Source: Patescibacteria group bacterium
Lineage (GTDB): Bacteria; Patescibacteriota; Patescibacteriia; UBA9934
Assembly: GCA_041666205.1 (NCBI GenBank)
Contig: JBAYHI010000006.1
Span: forward strand, 1 to 63,377
Length of the DNA: 63,377 nucleotides
Direction of reading: 5' to 3'
A program made the translations under genes and the position numbers. The notes beneath the pieces were generated by a model, which saw only the letters and a list, made by a program, of their open reading frames with translations, was not told the origin of the DNA and did not search any database. This document shows, in pieces, positions 19,801 through 28,153 of the stretch (its first letter is position 1; each line of letters starts with the position of its first letter).

Positions 19801-20034
19801 CAGACGCGAAAGCGTTTGCTCAGCCAAGAGTTGCATGCGTTTCAACTCTTTCCCCATGCCAGCAGATTCCATGGCGCGCTCAATGGAGCGATGAAGTTTT
19901 TTTGCGTCAAACGGTTGTTCTTCGCCACTGCGCTTTCGCACGGATTTGAGCGAGGTTACATAATTCCACACCGCGTCGGAAACAGCACCGGGCGAGGACG
20001 TCGTGGTCGAAACAGAACGGGAGGGTTCGTTCAT
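16876..20034 (-). CDS. nrdJ: adenosylcobalamin-dependent (class II) ribonucleotide reductase with N-terminal ATP-cone
   Basis: ATP-cone ([21 protein letters not shown]), [21 protein letters not shown] active-site loop, C-terminal CxxC...CxxC tail. 1052 aa. Confidence 0.9.
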   Translation of the reverse strand: [1052 protein letters not shown]

Positions 20035-20116
20035 ACGATCGATGGGTTAGGTGCGATTAGCGGCGAAAAAAAAAGACCTTCTTCTAGCGAAGGACCCACT
20101 GCCTGGAAATCGACGA

Positions 20117-20153
20117 GACACAACCTATTGTGTGTCCAGATTTAATTCTACCA
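20117..20153 (-). promoter_or_regulatory. nrdJ extended -10 promoter plus NrdR-box-like palindrome
   Basis: Minus strand reads TGgTAGAAT and then, 8 nt later, gacACACAATAGGTTGTGTc. This resembles the 16-nt NrdR box acaCwAtATaTwGtgt. Confidence 0.4.
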
Positions 20154-20197
20154 CAAGCTGTTGTACGACGCGCCAGCGTCCCTGTGGAAAACGTCTG

Positions 20198-20776
20198 TCA
20201 AAATCCCAGCGTAAAATTGAGGGCAGCTTTTTCCGTTGCGACGGGGTGAAAATCAATGGGAACCACGCGCCGCTCGCCTGTGCGATCGTCAAACAGAATG
20301 AAGCCATTTTTCTTTCCAAATTCGTAGACTTCTTTTGTGACCAAAACGTCTTGCTGACAGTATTTGATAATTTCATCGACCTTGCCTTCTTTCCACCACT
20401 GCACCGCTTGCAACCCGTGAGCGCTTTTTCTTGTGCCAATCGAGGCTGCTGCCACATCGTCGAGCTTGATGCGATAGCCAAGCGACTCATTGATTTTGGC
20501 AAGCATATCCAGTTGTGGCACGCGGAAAAGGTCGCCGGAATAATATTTATTGAGAATCGGAACATCAAACCCGATACTATTGTAGCCAATAATACGATCG
20601 CAGTGTTCTAAACGCTCAAAGAGCTTTGGTAAATCGGCTTGCAAATAGGATTCGTATTTGTCCTCATCGTAAAAATAGGCAACCACAACAGAGACATCGA
20701 GCTTTTCCGGAAAATACCCTCCCACATCGGCGAAGGTATTTTGCGTTTCAATATCGAGGACGACTTCACGGTTCAT
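20198..20776 (-). CDS. DEDD-type 3'-5' exonuclease (RNase H-like fold)
   Basis: LDIETQ (ExoI), GYNSIGFDVPIL (ExoII), H...YCQQDV (ExoIII). Confidence 0.6.
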   Translation of the reverse strand: MNREVVLDIETQNTFADVGGYFPEKLDVSVVVAYFYDEDKYESYLQADLPKLFERLEHCDRIIGYNSIGFDVPILNKYYSGDLFRVPQLDMLAKINESLGYRIKLDDVAAASIGTRKSAHGLQAVQWWKEGKVDEIIKYCQQDVLVTKEVYEFGKKNGFILFDDRTGERRVVPIDFHPVATEKAALNFTLGF

Positions 20777-20910
20777 ACCTATTAGAGGTTTAAGTGATTA
20801 TTACGTCAGAGGTAAGACTAGCATCTGTGTATAAATTTCAGCTTCAAGCCACTAACCACTGTACCTCTAACGGGATAAATACCGAGAAATTTTACCCTAT
20901 CCACTACATA

Positions 20911-20944
20911 AAAAACAGCGCCCGCCATCCACAGGGGGATGGCG
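20911..20944 (-). terminator. intrinsic terminator of the GC-rich lipoprotein cassette
   Basis: cgccatcc-ccctgt-ggatggcg followed by a T-run (minus strand). Confidence 0.55.
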
Positions 20945-20964
20945 AGCAGAACGCGCGGAGCGAG

Positions 20965-21354
20965 CTACGGCATGACCAGGTACTCGACGCCGTAGTTCAT
21001 ATCCTCTCTGTCCCCGATCGGGAACTGAAGTACGAGCACTTCGCGGCGCAGGCACCCAGGCCAGGTGTCGACCGCAACGTCGTAATCAACGAGCGTGAAC
21101 GCTTCGGCCCGCCCGTTGGGGGCGACCCAGAAGCGAATCGAGCCGTCTTCCCAGTCCTGAGGAGGCGGAAGTGCAATGCACTCCTGGATCTTGGGCTGGT
21201 CGAAGACGCCCTGCACCTCAACCACGAGATCGGACTTGAGACCCCGCCCGGTCAGGGTCAGACGCCCATCCGAAATCTGGACGATCTCTTCCCGATTGAA
21301 CGGGTTTGGATCGTGTCGCATGATGCACGACGCGAACAAAAGTGCCGCGAGCAT
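20965..21354 (-). CDS. small putative lipoprotein, G+C-rich cassette A
   Basis: MLAALLFASC lipobox-like signal. GGAGG lies 4 nt before the ATG. Composition is clearly richer in G+C than the flanks. Has its own promoter and terminator. Confidence 0.6.
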   Translation of the reverse strand: MLAALLFASCIMRHDPNPFNREEIVQISDGRLTLTGRGLKSDLVVEVQGVFDQPKIQECIALPPPQDWEDGSIRFWVAPNGRAEAFTLVDYDVAVDTWPGCLRREVLVLQFPIGDREDMNYGVEYLVMP

Positions 21355-21374
21355 GGTACCTCCAATGCTCCGGC

Positions 21375-21403
21375 ATCTTGCACAAAAAATTCGAAAATGT
21401 CAA
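21375..21403 (-). promoter_or_regulatory. promoter of cassette A
   Basis: TTGACA, 17 nt, CAAGAT. Confidence 0.4.
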
Positions 21404-21454
21404 TCCTCCTTCGCTCTGTAGAACAGAGCTACGGAGGACAGGTCTCTAGCCCCA

Positions 21455-22423
21455 CTAAAAAATCTCCTTGGCTGCGACCCAAAGCTTATCGTTTCCCATT
21501 GTTTTGAGGTAATACCACCATTCAACGCCCCATAAATAAATCTCGTCCATGCCACTTCGGCGGGCAAATTCAACATGATCTTGCAAATTCTTTTCCGTGA
21601 AAACGCGATATCCTCGATCCAACACGTCCGGGTCGGTTGAAACATATAAATAGGCATTCCAAGGCTCTGCCTGCAATTCGGAAATGATAATGTGACGCGC
21701 AAATGGCGAAGAAATCCAACGCTGCACGCGATAGAAAAATGGCTGCAGCGGCACGCCCAAATAGCCCGTATAATCATTGTAAACAATGCGGTATAAACTA
21801 ACCCCCAGCACATCAGCTGGAATCGCTGTGGTGACCCAAATGGATTGTTCCCCACTCGTGGTGAGCTGAATGTCGTGGTCGGGATCCAGACGACGCACAA
21901 GCTCGATTTCTTTTACGACAAGCGATGCATCGGGCGGCGGGCAAATCCCAAATGGGAAAAATGGTTCGTTTTCCACTTGCCAACGCGAAAGTGCGTTGTG
22001 ATCTTTATAACGCGTCACAACCGCCTCAAGATATGCAAGAAGCGCCACATTGCGCGTATCCGCGTCGATCTCTCCATACTGCGACGGAATATAGCATTCG
22101 GGCCAGCGTGGAACTTTTTGCCCAATCGCCAGCGTCACCTGCGCCCCGCGATCCTTTGCTTCATTCATCATCCAATCGAGATCGGAAAAATCATATACGC
22201 CTGGCGTTTGCTCCACCTCGGACCAATAAACCGGAATGCGAATATGCACCACATCGAGTTCGTCGAGCATACTTGTATACGCATTTTTCCAGTCGAGTCC
22301 CAAACTCGTTGCATAGAGATCTGAAAACGTCACGCCAAATTCCCGATCGCGCGCATCGTAATCGCGCATCCATAAAAATCCCAGAACCATGATGAGGATC
22401 CCAAAACAAAAAACCGCAATCAT
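21455..22423 (-). CDS. membrane-anchored clan GH-A-like glycoside hydrolase (TIM barrel)
   Basis: N-terminal TM segment, WQVENEP (NEP acid/base motif), IRIPVYWSEVEQTPGVYDF. Confidence 0.5.
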   Translation of the reverse strand: MIAVFCFGILIMVLGFLWMRDYDARDREFGVTFSDLYATSLGLDWKNAYTSMLDELDVVHIRIPVYWSEVEQTPGVYDFSDLDWMMNEAKDRGAQVTLAIGQKVPRWPECYIPSQYGEIDADTRNVALLAYLEAVVTRYKDHNALSRWQVENEPFFPFGICPPPDASLVVKEIELVRRLDPDHDIQLTTSGEQSIWVTTAIPADVLGVSLYRIVYNDYTGYLGVPLQPFFYRVQRWISSPFARHIIISELQAEPWNAYLYVSTDPDVLDRGYRVFTEKNLQDHVEFARRSGMDEIYLWGVEWWYYLKTMGNDKLWVAAKEIF

Positions 22424-22458
22424 GACTGCATGCGAACGCCCGTTGTGAAATAGGGTTG

Positions 22459-24027
22459 CTATATTTCCTCCTTTTTCTCACGAATAAACGCGATCCAACT
22501 TTCCACAAATCGAATCGCAATTTTAAGCGGTGCCTCGATGATGAAATCAAAGAAATAAATGAATACGTTGATTTTTGCCACTTTCACGGAAAGCCAGCGC
22601 CCCACGCGCACAATCGGAAGCATGAAAACATCAAATACCGTGCCCACAATGCCCGTATACGCGTCGGAAAGCACCAAATCGCGTGTGGACCCACGAATGC
22701 GAATGCCGAAGAAGGTCACCAAACACAGGAAGAATAAGAAGAGCGTAACCGAAAGCCAGTTGAATCCAACTTGCGCCAAAATAACCGCGATGATGGAAAA
22801 CACAAATACAAATGTGATGGCGTACAAAATGCCAAACACTTTTGACCAGGTTGTGAAATTCACACGCTTCACGCGCACATTGAGTAGCTCGTGATCCGCT
22901 CCCACCAATAGCGCGCGAATGGCGCCCCGATAATCTTCTTTGTTTTTTTGTTCTGGGATTCCCACCGTAATGCCAATAAACGAAAGCAAGAGGGGCGGGA
23001 ACGTAATGTTTACGAGCAGGGGGAGCATGGTGGTTGCGCGCGCCACCAAAAAATCGTATGGCACTTCCAAAATGAGCGCCAAGATCATCTTCGTGATGAA
23101 TAGGAATAACACCGCGCGCACCACCGTGCGACGAAGACGTCCGCGGAATTGATTCGTGCGTTGCGTGAGTGCTTTGGAAATATGGTGATCGAGTGCATCG
23201 GGTTGATCAATGAGGTTCACAAACTCCGTAGGGTTTGCCTCCACCACATCCCGAATGGTTCGAAATGGTCCACACTTGCGGCGCAAAAGAAGTGATAACT
23301 TTTGCGTAACCGGATGTGACATCTTTTTATCAATGAGCTCGATAATAGAAGAGAGCCCGGTGACGATTTCTTTTTTGCGCTTTTCCGAGCACGCTCCCGG
23401 CCAATCCGGATAGTAGAGTGTGAGCACACGGAATCGAAGCGTGGCAATATTGGATTTGAGAAGTGTTGAATGAATCGCAATATAGAGCATGAGGTCACGG
23501 TCTTCAGCGGGCACATTCAAATGCGGATCCCATTCAATGCGTTCACGCATTTCCTCGTACATGTAACTCACGAGCGCTTCATCGCCAAGCGGTGGAGTGA
23601 TGGCATATTCCACTTCCGTGGACATGACATCCAGTACCCAATTGAATGCGTATTCGTGGTTTGTAAAAGAATCCGTTGCGCGCAATAGCGGCTCGTATTT
23701 TTCAAAAATCGGCACCAGTTCTTTTGCAAAACTTGTTGGGATTTCTTTATTTGGCAAATATTTCGCCCAAATGAGTTCCCGGAGTAAACTCTCTGCCATT
23801 TCTTCAATCGAAACATCTGACCCTAAATAGCGCTTGAGGATACGCAAAATCGCATTTCGCCGAAGCAAATGTTCTTCTTGGTAATCGATGGTGGTGCGCA
23901 CCTTTTCGTAAAGCGTTGCGGCCGTGCTTGCAGGCTTACTCACCTCAATCACCTCTTCGCCGGCTTCTGCATGCATGCCGTGCTCGTTCAAAAGCGCCCC
24001 GGCTAATCGTAAAATTCGTTCAGACAT
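22459..24027 (-). CDS. large membrane protein, soluble N-terminal half plus about 6 C-terminal TM helices, function unknown
   Basis: 522-aa ORF. No catalytic motif recognised. Confidence 0.5.
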   Translation of the reverse strand: MSERILRLAGALLNEHGMHAEAGEEVIEVSKPASTAATLYEKVRTTIDYQEEHLLRRNAILRILKRYLGSDVSIEEMAESLLRELIWAKYLPNKEIPTSFAKELVPIFEKYEPLLRATDSFTNHEYAFNWVLDVMSTEVEYAITPPLGDEALVSYMYEEMRERIEWDPHLNVPAEDRDLMLYIAIHSTLLKSNIATLRFRVLTLYYPDWPGACSEKRKKEIVTGLSSIIELIDKKMSHPVTQKLSLLLRRKCGPFRTIRDVVEANPTEFVNLIDQPDALDHHISKALTQRTNQFRGRLRRTVVRAVLFLFITKMILALILEVPYDFLVARATTMLPLLVNITFPPLLLSFIGITVGIPEQKNKEDYRGAIRALLVGADHELLNVRVKRVNFTTWSKVFGILYAITFVFVFSIIAVILAQVGFNWLSVTLFLFFLCLVTFFGIRIRGSTRDLVLSDAYTGIVGTVFDVFMLPIVRVGRWLSVKVAKINVFIYFFDFIIEAPLKIAIRFVESWIAFIREKKEEI

Positions 24028-24030
24028 AGA

Positions 24031-24780
24031 TTAGAAGAAGGATCGATCTTTAGACGTTTTGATAATAGCCATGGCCGCCTCGGCTGTATCCACGATTTGA
24101 AAAAGATCCATGTCTTTTTTTGCAATCGTCTCGTATTTCTCAAAAAGCATTTCCTCTACGAATCGCAACCACGCTCCCCAGTATTCTTTCCCAACCAAAA
24201 TCACCGGAATCTTTTCGCTTTTCCCTGTTTGAATGAGGGTGAGGATTTCAAAGAGTTCATCTTGCGTGCCAAATCCACCAGGGAAATACACGTATGCTTG
24301 AGCAGACGCTGCCAAAATCACTTTGCGTGTGAAGAAATAATAAAATGCGCGTGAAACTTTAACGTATGGATTGATGCGCTGCTCGTGTGGTAATTGGATA
24401 TTGAGGCCCACGGAATTTCCGCCAGCTTGAAACGCTCCCTTATTGCACGCTTCCATAATGCCAGGCCCGCCACCCGTCACGGTTGTGAACTTCCCTTTTG
24501 CCAGAAGTGCGCCTAATTTTTCTGCCTCACGATACCACTTGCTATCGGGGGCGACGCGCGCCGAACCAAAAATTGTCACTTCCCGATCGAGCGTGGAAAG
24601 AAACTGAAAGCCCTCCACAAATTCCGCCATAATGCGAAAAATGCGCCACGTGATGTCGGACATCTTTGGCGAGAGCACTCCTTGTTTGCGGTATTCCAGT
24701 TCCTCGGGAGTGAGTGGAATGCGTTTCATGCCATTGCCGTTATGATTGAATGATGGCTCGGTTGGATGAAAAAGCGGCAT
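24031..24780 (-). CDS. LOG / TIGR00730 family (lysine-decarboxylase-like) nucleotide-binding protein
   Basis: TGGGPGIMEA and PGGFGTQDELFE motifs. Alternative start is MKRIPL at 24729. Confidence 0.7.
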   Translation of the reverse strand: MPLFHPTEPSFNHNGNGMKRIPLTPEELEYRKQGVLSPKMSDITWRIFRIMAEFVEGFQFLSTLDREVTIFGSARVAPDSKWYREAEKLGALLAKGKFTTVTGGGPGIMEACNKGAFQAGGNSVGLNIQLPHEQRINPYVKVSRAFYYFFTRKVILAASAQAYVYFPGGFGTQDELFEILTLIQTGKSEKIPVILVGKEYWGAWLRFVEEMLFEKYETIAKKDMDLFQIVDTAEAAMAIIKTSKDRSFF

Positions 24781-24832
24781 AAAAAATCTCGTTTGAGCTT
24801 ACCCGCAGTATAGCACAAAGAAGAAGATGCGT

Positions 24833-25420
24833 TCAGGCCATTTTCCAATTCTCCGGATTCTTCTGAATATATTCACGGACGCGATCTAAATCCTTTTGAG
24901 AACGGATAATGTGCTCATAATAATTGCGGTGCCAGACCGGGAACCCCTCACTACCCCGCAGGATATTGATTTTACGCGCCGAATAGGATTTGAATCCCCG
25001 AATAATTTCAGATAATGCATATTTTCCCGTACGGGCAGGTCTGTGACCTGACCATTTGGAATGATTTCGATCGCATGGCTCGCGCTCTGCATATGCATAA
25101 TCGATGTGGGCGGGTCGCAGACCCGCCCGTACAGAATCATGCGATGCGAAATCATCGGCAGATCGAATTTCGATGATTCCATGAATATGATTTGGCATGA
25201 CAATGAATTCATCCAATCTCAAATTTGAATAATGATATGGCAAATCATCCCATGTTTTCTCGACGATCCAGCCATAATCATCTAGAACCATCTTCTGATT
25301 ACAAATACTCCCGAATATTTTCTCGTAATGGCTTGTGTTGATCGTCACAAAATAGAACCCATGCTCTGAATAGTCATACCATGGCAATCGAATCGATCTT
25401 CTATTGAATTTTTGAAACAT
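24833..25420 (-). CDS. IS200-like HUH tyrosine transposase homologue (RAYT-like), copy 1
   Basis: YFVTINT, HUH motif MPNHIHGIIEI, C-terminal WHRNYYEHIIRSQKDLDRVREYIQKNP. Start trimmed to MFQKFNRR (25420). Contains two in-frame REP hairpins. Confidence 0.75.
   Translation of the reverse strand: MFQKFNRRSIRLPWYDYSEHGFYFVTINTSHYEKIFGSICNQKMVLDDYGWIVEKTWDDLPYHYSNLRLDEFIVMPNHIHGIIEIRSADDFASHDSVRAGLRPAHIDYAYAEREPCDRNHSKWSGHRPARTGKYALSEIIRGFKSYSARKINILRGSEGFPVWHRNYYEHIIRSQKDLDRVREYIQKNPENWKMA
25029..25132. repeat. inverted pair of class-2 REP palindromes inside the RAYT-like ORF
   Basis: GTACGGGCAGGTC-tgt-GACCTGaCC (25029-25053) and GGGCGGGTC-gca-GACCCGCCCGTAC (25108-25132). Confidence 0.75.
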
Positions 25421-25497
25421 AAATCCCCAAAATAATTCGGGGAGATATGATTTAAGTCTCTGATAATTTTTCGTTCTCGTCAAGCATTCTTGTGGAT

Positions 25498-27195
25498 TTA
25501 CCAACTCCCCCCGCCACCGCCACCACTGCCGCCACCGGACGATCCTCCACCTGACGATCCTGACCCCGTGCCCTGCGACTGCGCTGGGAAGGCCGAAGTA
25601 TTAATGGACGTTGCTGTGGACAAAAGATCGGTTGTAAATAAACTCGAGCTTGTAAAATGTGCTGTGCTTGAGGAATACCACGTTGGATCGGTGAACACTA
25701 AATCCTTAAACGTCTTTGCCCATTTCTTGGCATGACCAAATGCAATCGCATATGGCAAATATTCCTCAAAAATCTGCTGTGTTTCTTGCCATTGCGAACG
25801 ATAGCGCTCTGCGGTGTGCATGAATAACTTGAACCCGAGCACCTTACGCACAATCTCTACTCCACCCTCTGTGCGCTGTGGCATGAGCGCACCAAAAATG
25901 AAGATGAGCACAGAGACGCCGATCACAATAAATCCGTTGAGGATTGATCCTGGTAAGGTGAGAGACGCACCAAGCGCAAAAACCGCAAACCCCAAGAAAA
26001 TGAAAATAAGCGATCGGGTTCGAGATCCCTTCACATAAATTTCATCTTTCTCCATTTGCGCCATGATGGCTTTTTTAATAATTTGCACGTCACTTGTTTT
26101 CACAGCGCCCTTCAAATCCACAAGTGTGCGCTCAGTTTTTACCTCTGGGAATAAACATGCAAATAAATGCGTATAGGCGTCGTCGAGTCCCGTAGGTTCT
26201 TTTTTCTTGAGGAGCGTCACTTTTCGTGAGAAGGTTTTTTGCTCATCAACCCGAATATGCAAATACCCTTTTACCGCGAGTTCGATAATCATCGCAGTGA
26301 AAAATCCCCCAGGAACTGTTCCCTGGCGCGCAAGCACGCCCGCGTAGCCAGCGCTCATGCCTTTTGGCGGTTCATATTCGGCAATAATCGAACCCATACG
26401 CGGGTCACGTCCGTATTTCACCCAAGAAATCACCGTGCCAAATAAAACCAGGAGCGAAAGGCCAACGACCCAAAATTCCTGAAGAATCCACAAGAATTTT
26501 TGCCAAAGCGATGGCTCATCGATAAATCCTTTTGGTACAGAAATCGATACGGTCAAATACTCCCCGCTAGACGTAAACGTTGCGGTATTAGCGCTTGAGC
26601 TTTTCGTGCAGTCCTGCGCTGTGGACCCCATGGGGCCGGTATAGCAACTCAAATCCACAAATTCCTGCACGCCGTCTGGCGTTGTAATCGTCGCACGCAC
26701 ACTCCCCACTGGCACCTCCCAATCGTTTCCCGTGACATTCCAATAGAGCTCGTCGCGATCATCCCAAAACCGAATCACGCGATCCATCGAATACGAAATG
26801 CGGTAGACATGCGATCCCGTGATTGTTTGATCCGCGTCGCCAATGCGCAAAATAATATTGTCGTTTTCGTACATGGTCTCAACCGCAATCGGGAGATCAT
26901 CCATGGTGATTTCTCCGAGTTCGAATCCACTTTGTTTGGTTGGAATATAGCGATAAATCCCATGACGCTCTTCGTTGAACGTTGCGGTAATGGTTTCGTT
27001 TATGAAAACCGTGCGATTGGCATCGATGGTGATTTCGGAATCAAATGCATCCATGGACCATGCCATGGTGGCGTCTTGCGCATACGTGTGAGACCCGACG
27101 GTGAGAACCCCAAAGACTACTGAACAAAAAACACTAGTCCAAGTAGCGAGCTTTGTTTGCCAAATGCTCTTCGTAGGTTTTTGCATATTTTGCAA
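25498..27195 (-). CDS. DUF2207-like membrane protein with glycine-rich C-terminus
   Basis: Signal peptide, about 230-aa extracytoplasmic domain, TM cluster, C-terminal GSGSSGGGSSGGGSGGGGGGSW. Confidence 0.65.
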   Translation of the reverse strand: MQNMQKPTKSIWQTKLATWTSVFCSVVFGVLTVGSHTYAQDATMAWSMDAFDSEITIDANRTVFINETITATFNEERHGIYRYIPTKQSGFELGEITMDDLPIAVETMYENDNIILRIGDADQTITGSHVYRISYSMDRVIRFWDDRDELYWNVTGNDWEVPVGSVRATITTPDGVQEFVDLSCYTGPMGSTAQDCTKSSSANTATFTSSGEYLTVSISVPKGFIDEPSLWQKFLWILQEFWVVGLSLLVLFGTVISWVKYGRDPRMGSIIAEYEPPKGMSAGYAGVLARQGTVPGGFFTAMIIELAVKGYLHIRVDEQKTFSRKVTLLKKKEPTGLDDAYTHLFACLFPEVKTERTLVDLKGAVKTSDVQIIKKAIMAQMEKDEIYVKGSRTRSLIFIFLGFAVFALGASLTLPGSILNGFIVIGVSVLIFIFGALMPQRTEGGVEIVRKVLGFKLFMHTAERYRSQWQETQQIFEEYLPYAIAFGHAKKWAKTFKDLVFTDPTWYSSSTAHFTSSSLFTTDLLSTATSINTSAFPAQSQGTGSGSSGGGSSGGGSGGGGGGSW

Positions 27196-28153
27196 CTCCT
27201 TCGGGAGTCGTTAAGAAATACAAATAATCGTTTGGTTTGGGATTCACCGTTGCCTTGATGGCCGCAATTCCTGGATTGCAAATTGGCCCCTTTGGAAGTC
27301 CGGCGTATTTATACGTGTTCCATGGCGAATCGTATGCGCGGTCTGCGTTTGAAATATCTTGAATGCCCGTGGCATAACTCACGGTTGCGTCGGATTGGAG
27401 TGGCATCCCCAGTTCAATGCGTCGCCAAAAAATGTCGGCAATCATCGTATAGTCGGCAGGAAATTTTGCTTCTCGATCGAGCACGGATGCGAGCGTAATA
27501 ATCTCGTGCAACGTTTTTCCTGTTGGGACCTCAACCCGTTCCGTTTCAATTTGACGCTCCAGTTCCTCGATCATGCGCTGTGCAATATCTTCCGCGGTTG
27601 CATCTGGAAAAAATCGATACGTATTTGGGAAGAGATATCCTTCCAAATCCACGCCAGCGGGTTTACCGGCATTCACCACAAATGGAAGCGAGGCGAGTGG
27701 AGAATATTGACCCGTGGCCGTATTCCACTGCGCTTGCGTGATGGGGAATTTTTGCATCACGAGTTCTCCAATTTGCGCGACCGTGAGACCTTCGGGGATC
27801 GTAATGGAGACTTCTTCCGCAGAGCCATTGCACAAAATATCCACGAGCGTGACATAGGCGCTGCCGGGCGTTACGGAAAATGTTCCGCTTTGGAGCGAAC
27901 GTGCTGACCCATCAATCCAGGCATAGACACGGAACCAAAATGCATTTGCAATGATATCTTCTGATTCGAGTCGTGTGGCGATTGCGGAAAATCCCTCGCC
28001 TTTTTCAACCACAAATGTAACCGCCTCTGCACTGCCAGACGCCAAGAAAAATCGATAGCCTTGCCATCCGATAAATCCCGCAACAAGCGCGCAGATAACG
28101 AGCAAGCCAATGGTTCCAGCAAGCGTGAAGCGTAAAAAATTTCCAATTCTCAT
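27134..28153 (-). CDS. mltG: endolytic murein transglycosylase (YceG family)
   Basis: N-terminal TM segment and a YceG core (ITLASVLDREAKF, LQSDATVSYA, YNTY-like WNTYKYAGLP). Confidence 0.8.
   Translation of the reverse strand: MRIGNFLRFTLAGTIGLLVICALVAGFIGWQGYRFFLASGSAEAVTFVVEKGEGFSAIATRLESEDIIANAFWFRVYAWIDGSARSLQSGTFSVTPGSAYVTLVDILCNGSAEEVSITIPEGLTVAQIGELVMQKFPITQAQWNTATGQYSPLASLPFVVNAGKPAGVDLEGYLFPNTYRFFPDATAEDIAQRMIEELERQIETERVEVPTGKTLHEIITLASVLDREAKFPADYTMIADIFWRRIELGMPLQSDATVSYATGIQDISNADRAYDSPWNTYKYAGLPKGPICNPGIAAIKATVNPKPNDYLYFLTTPEGVAKYAKTYEEHLANKARYLD

Noticed and set aside
25500-25565. Purine/pyrimidine-skewed run ccgccaccgccaccactgccgccaccgga that looks like a simple tandem repeat.
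   Set aside because: It encodes the Gly/Ser-rich C-terminus of the DUF2207-like protein on the minus strand. This is low-complexity coding sequence, not a separate repeat element.
27134-27195. 62-nt overlap between the end of mltG and the start of the DUF2207-like gene, as a possible frameshift or mis-assembly.
   Set aside because: Both reading frames look intact through the overlap. MltG has a plausible C-terminus and the downstream gene needs this region for its signal peptide. This is a genuine overlap, or a slightly later start, rather than an error.
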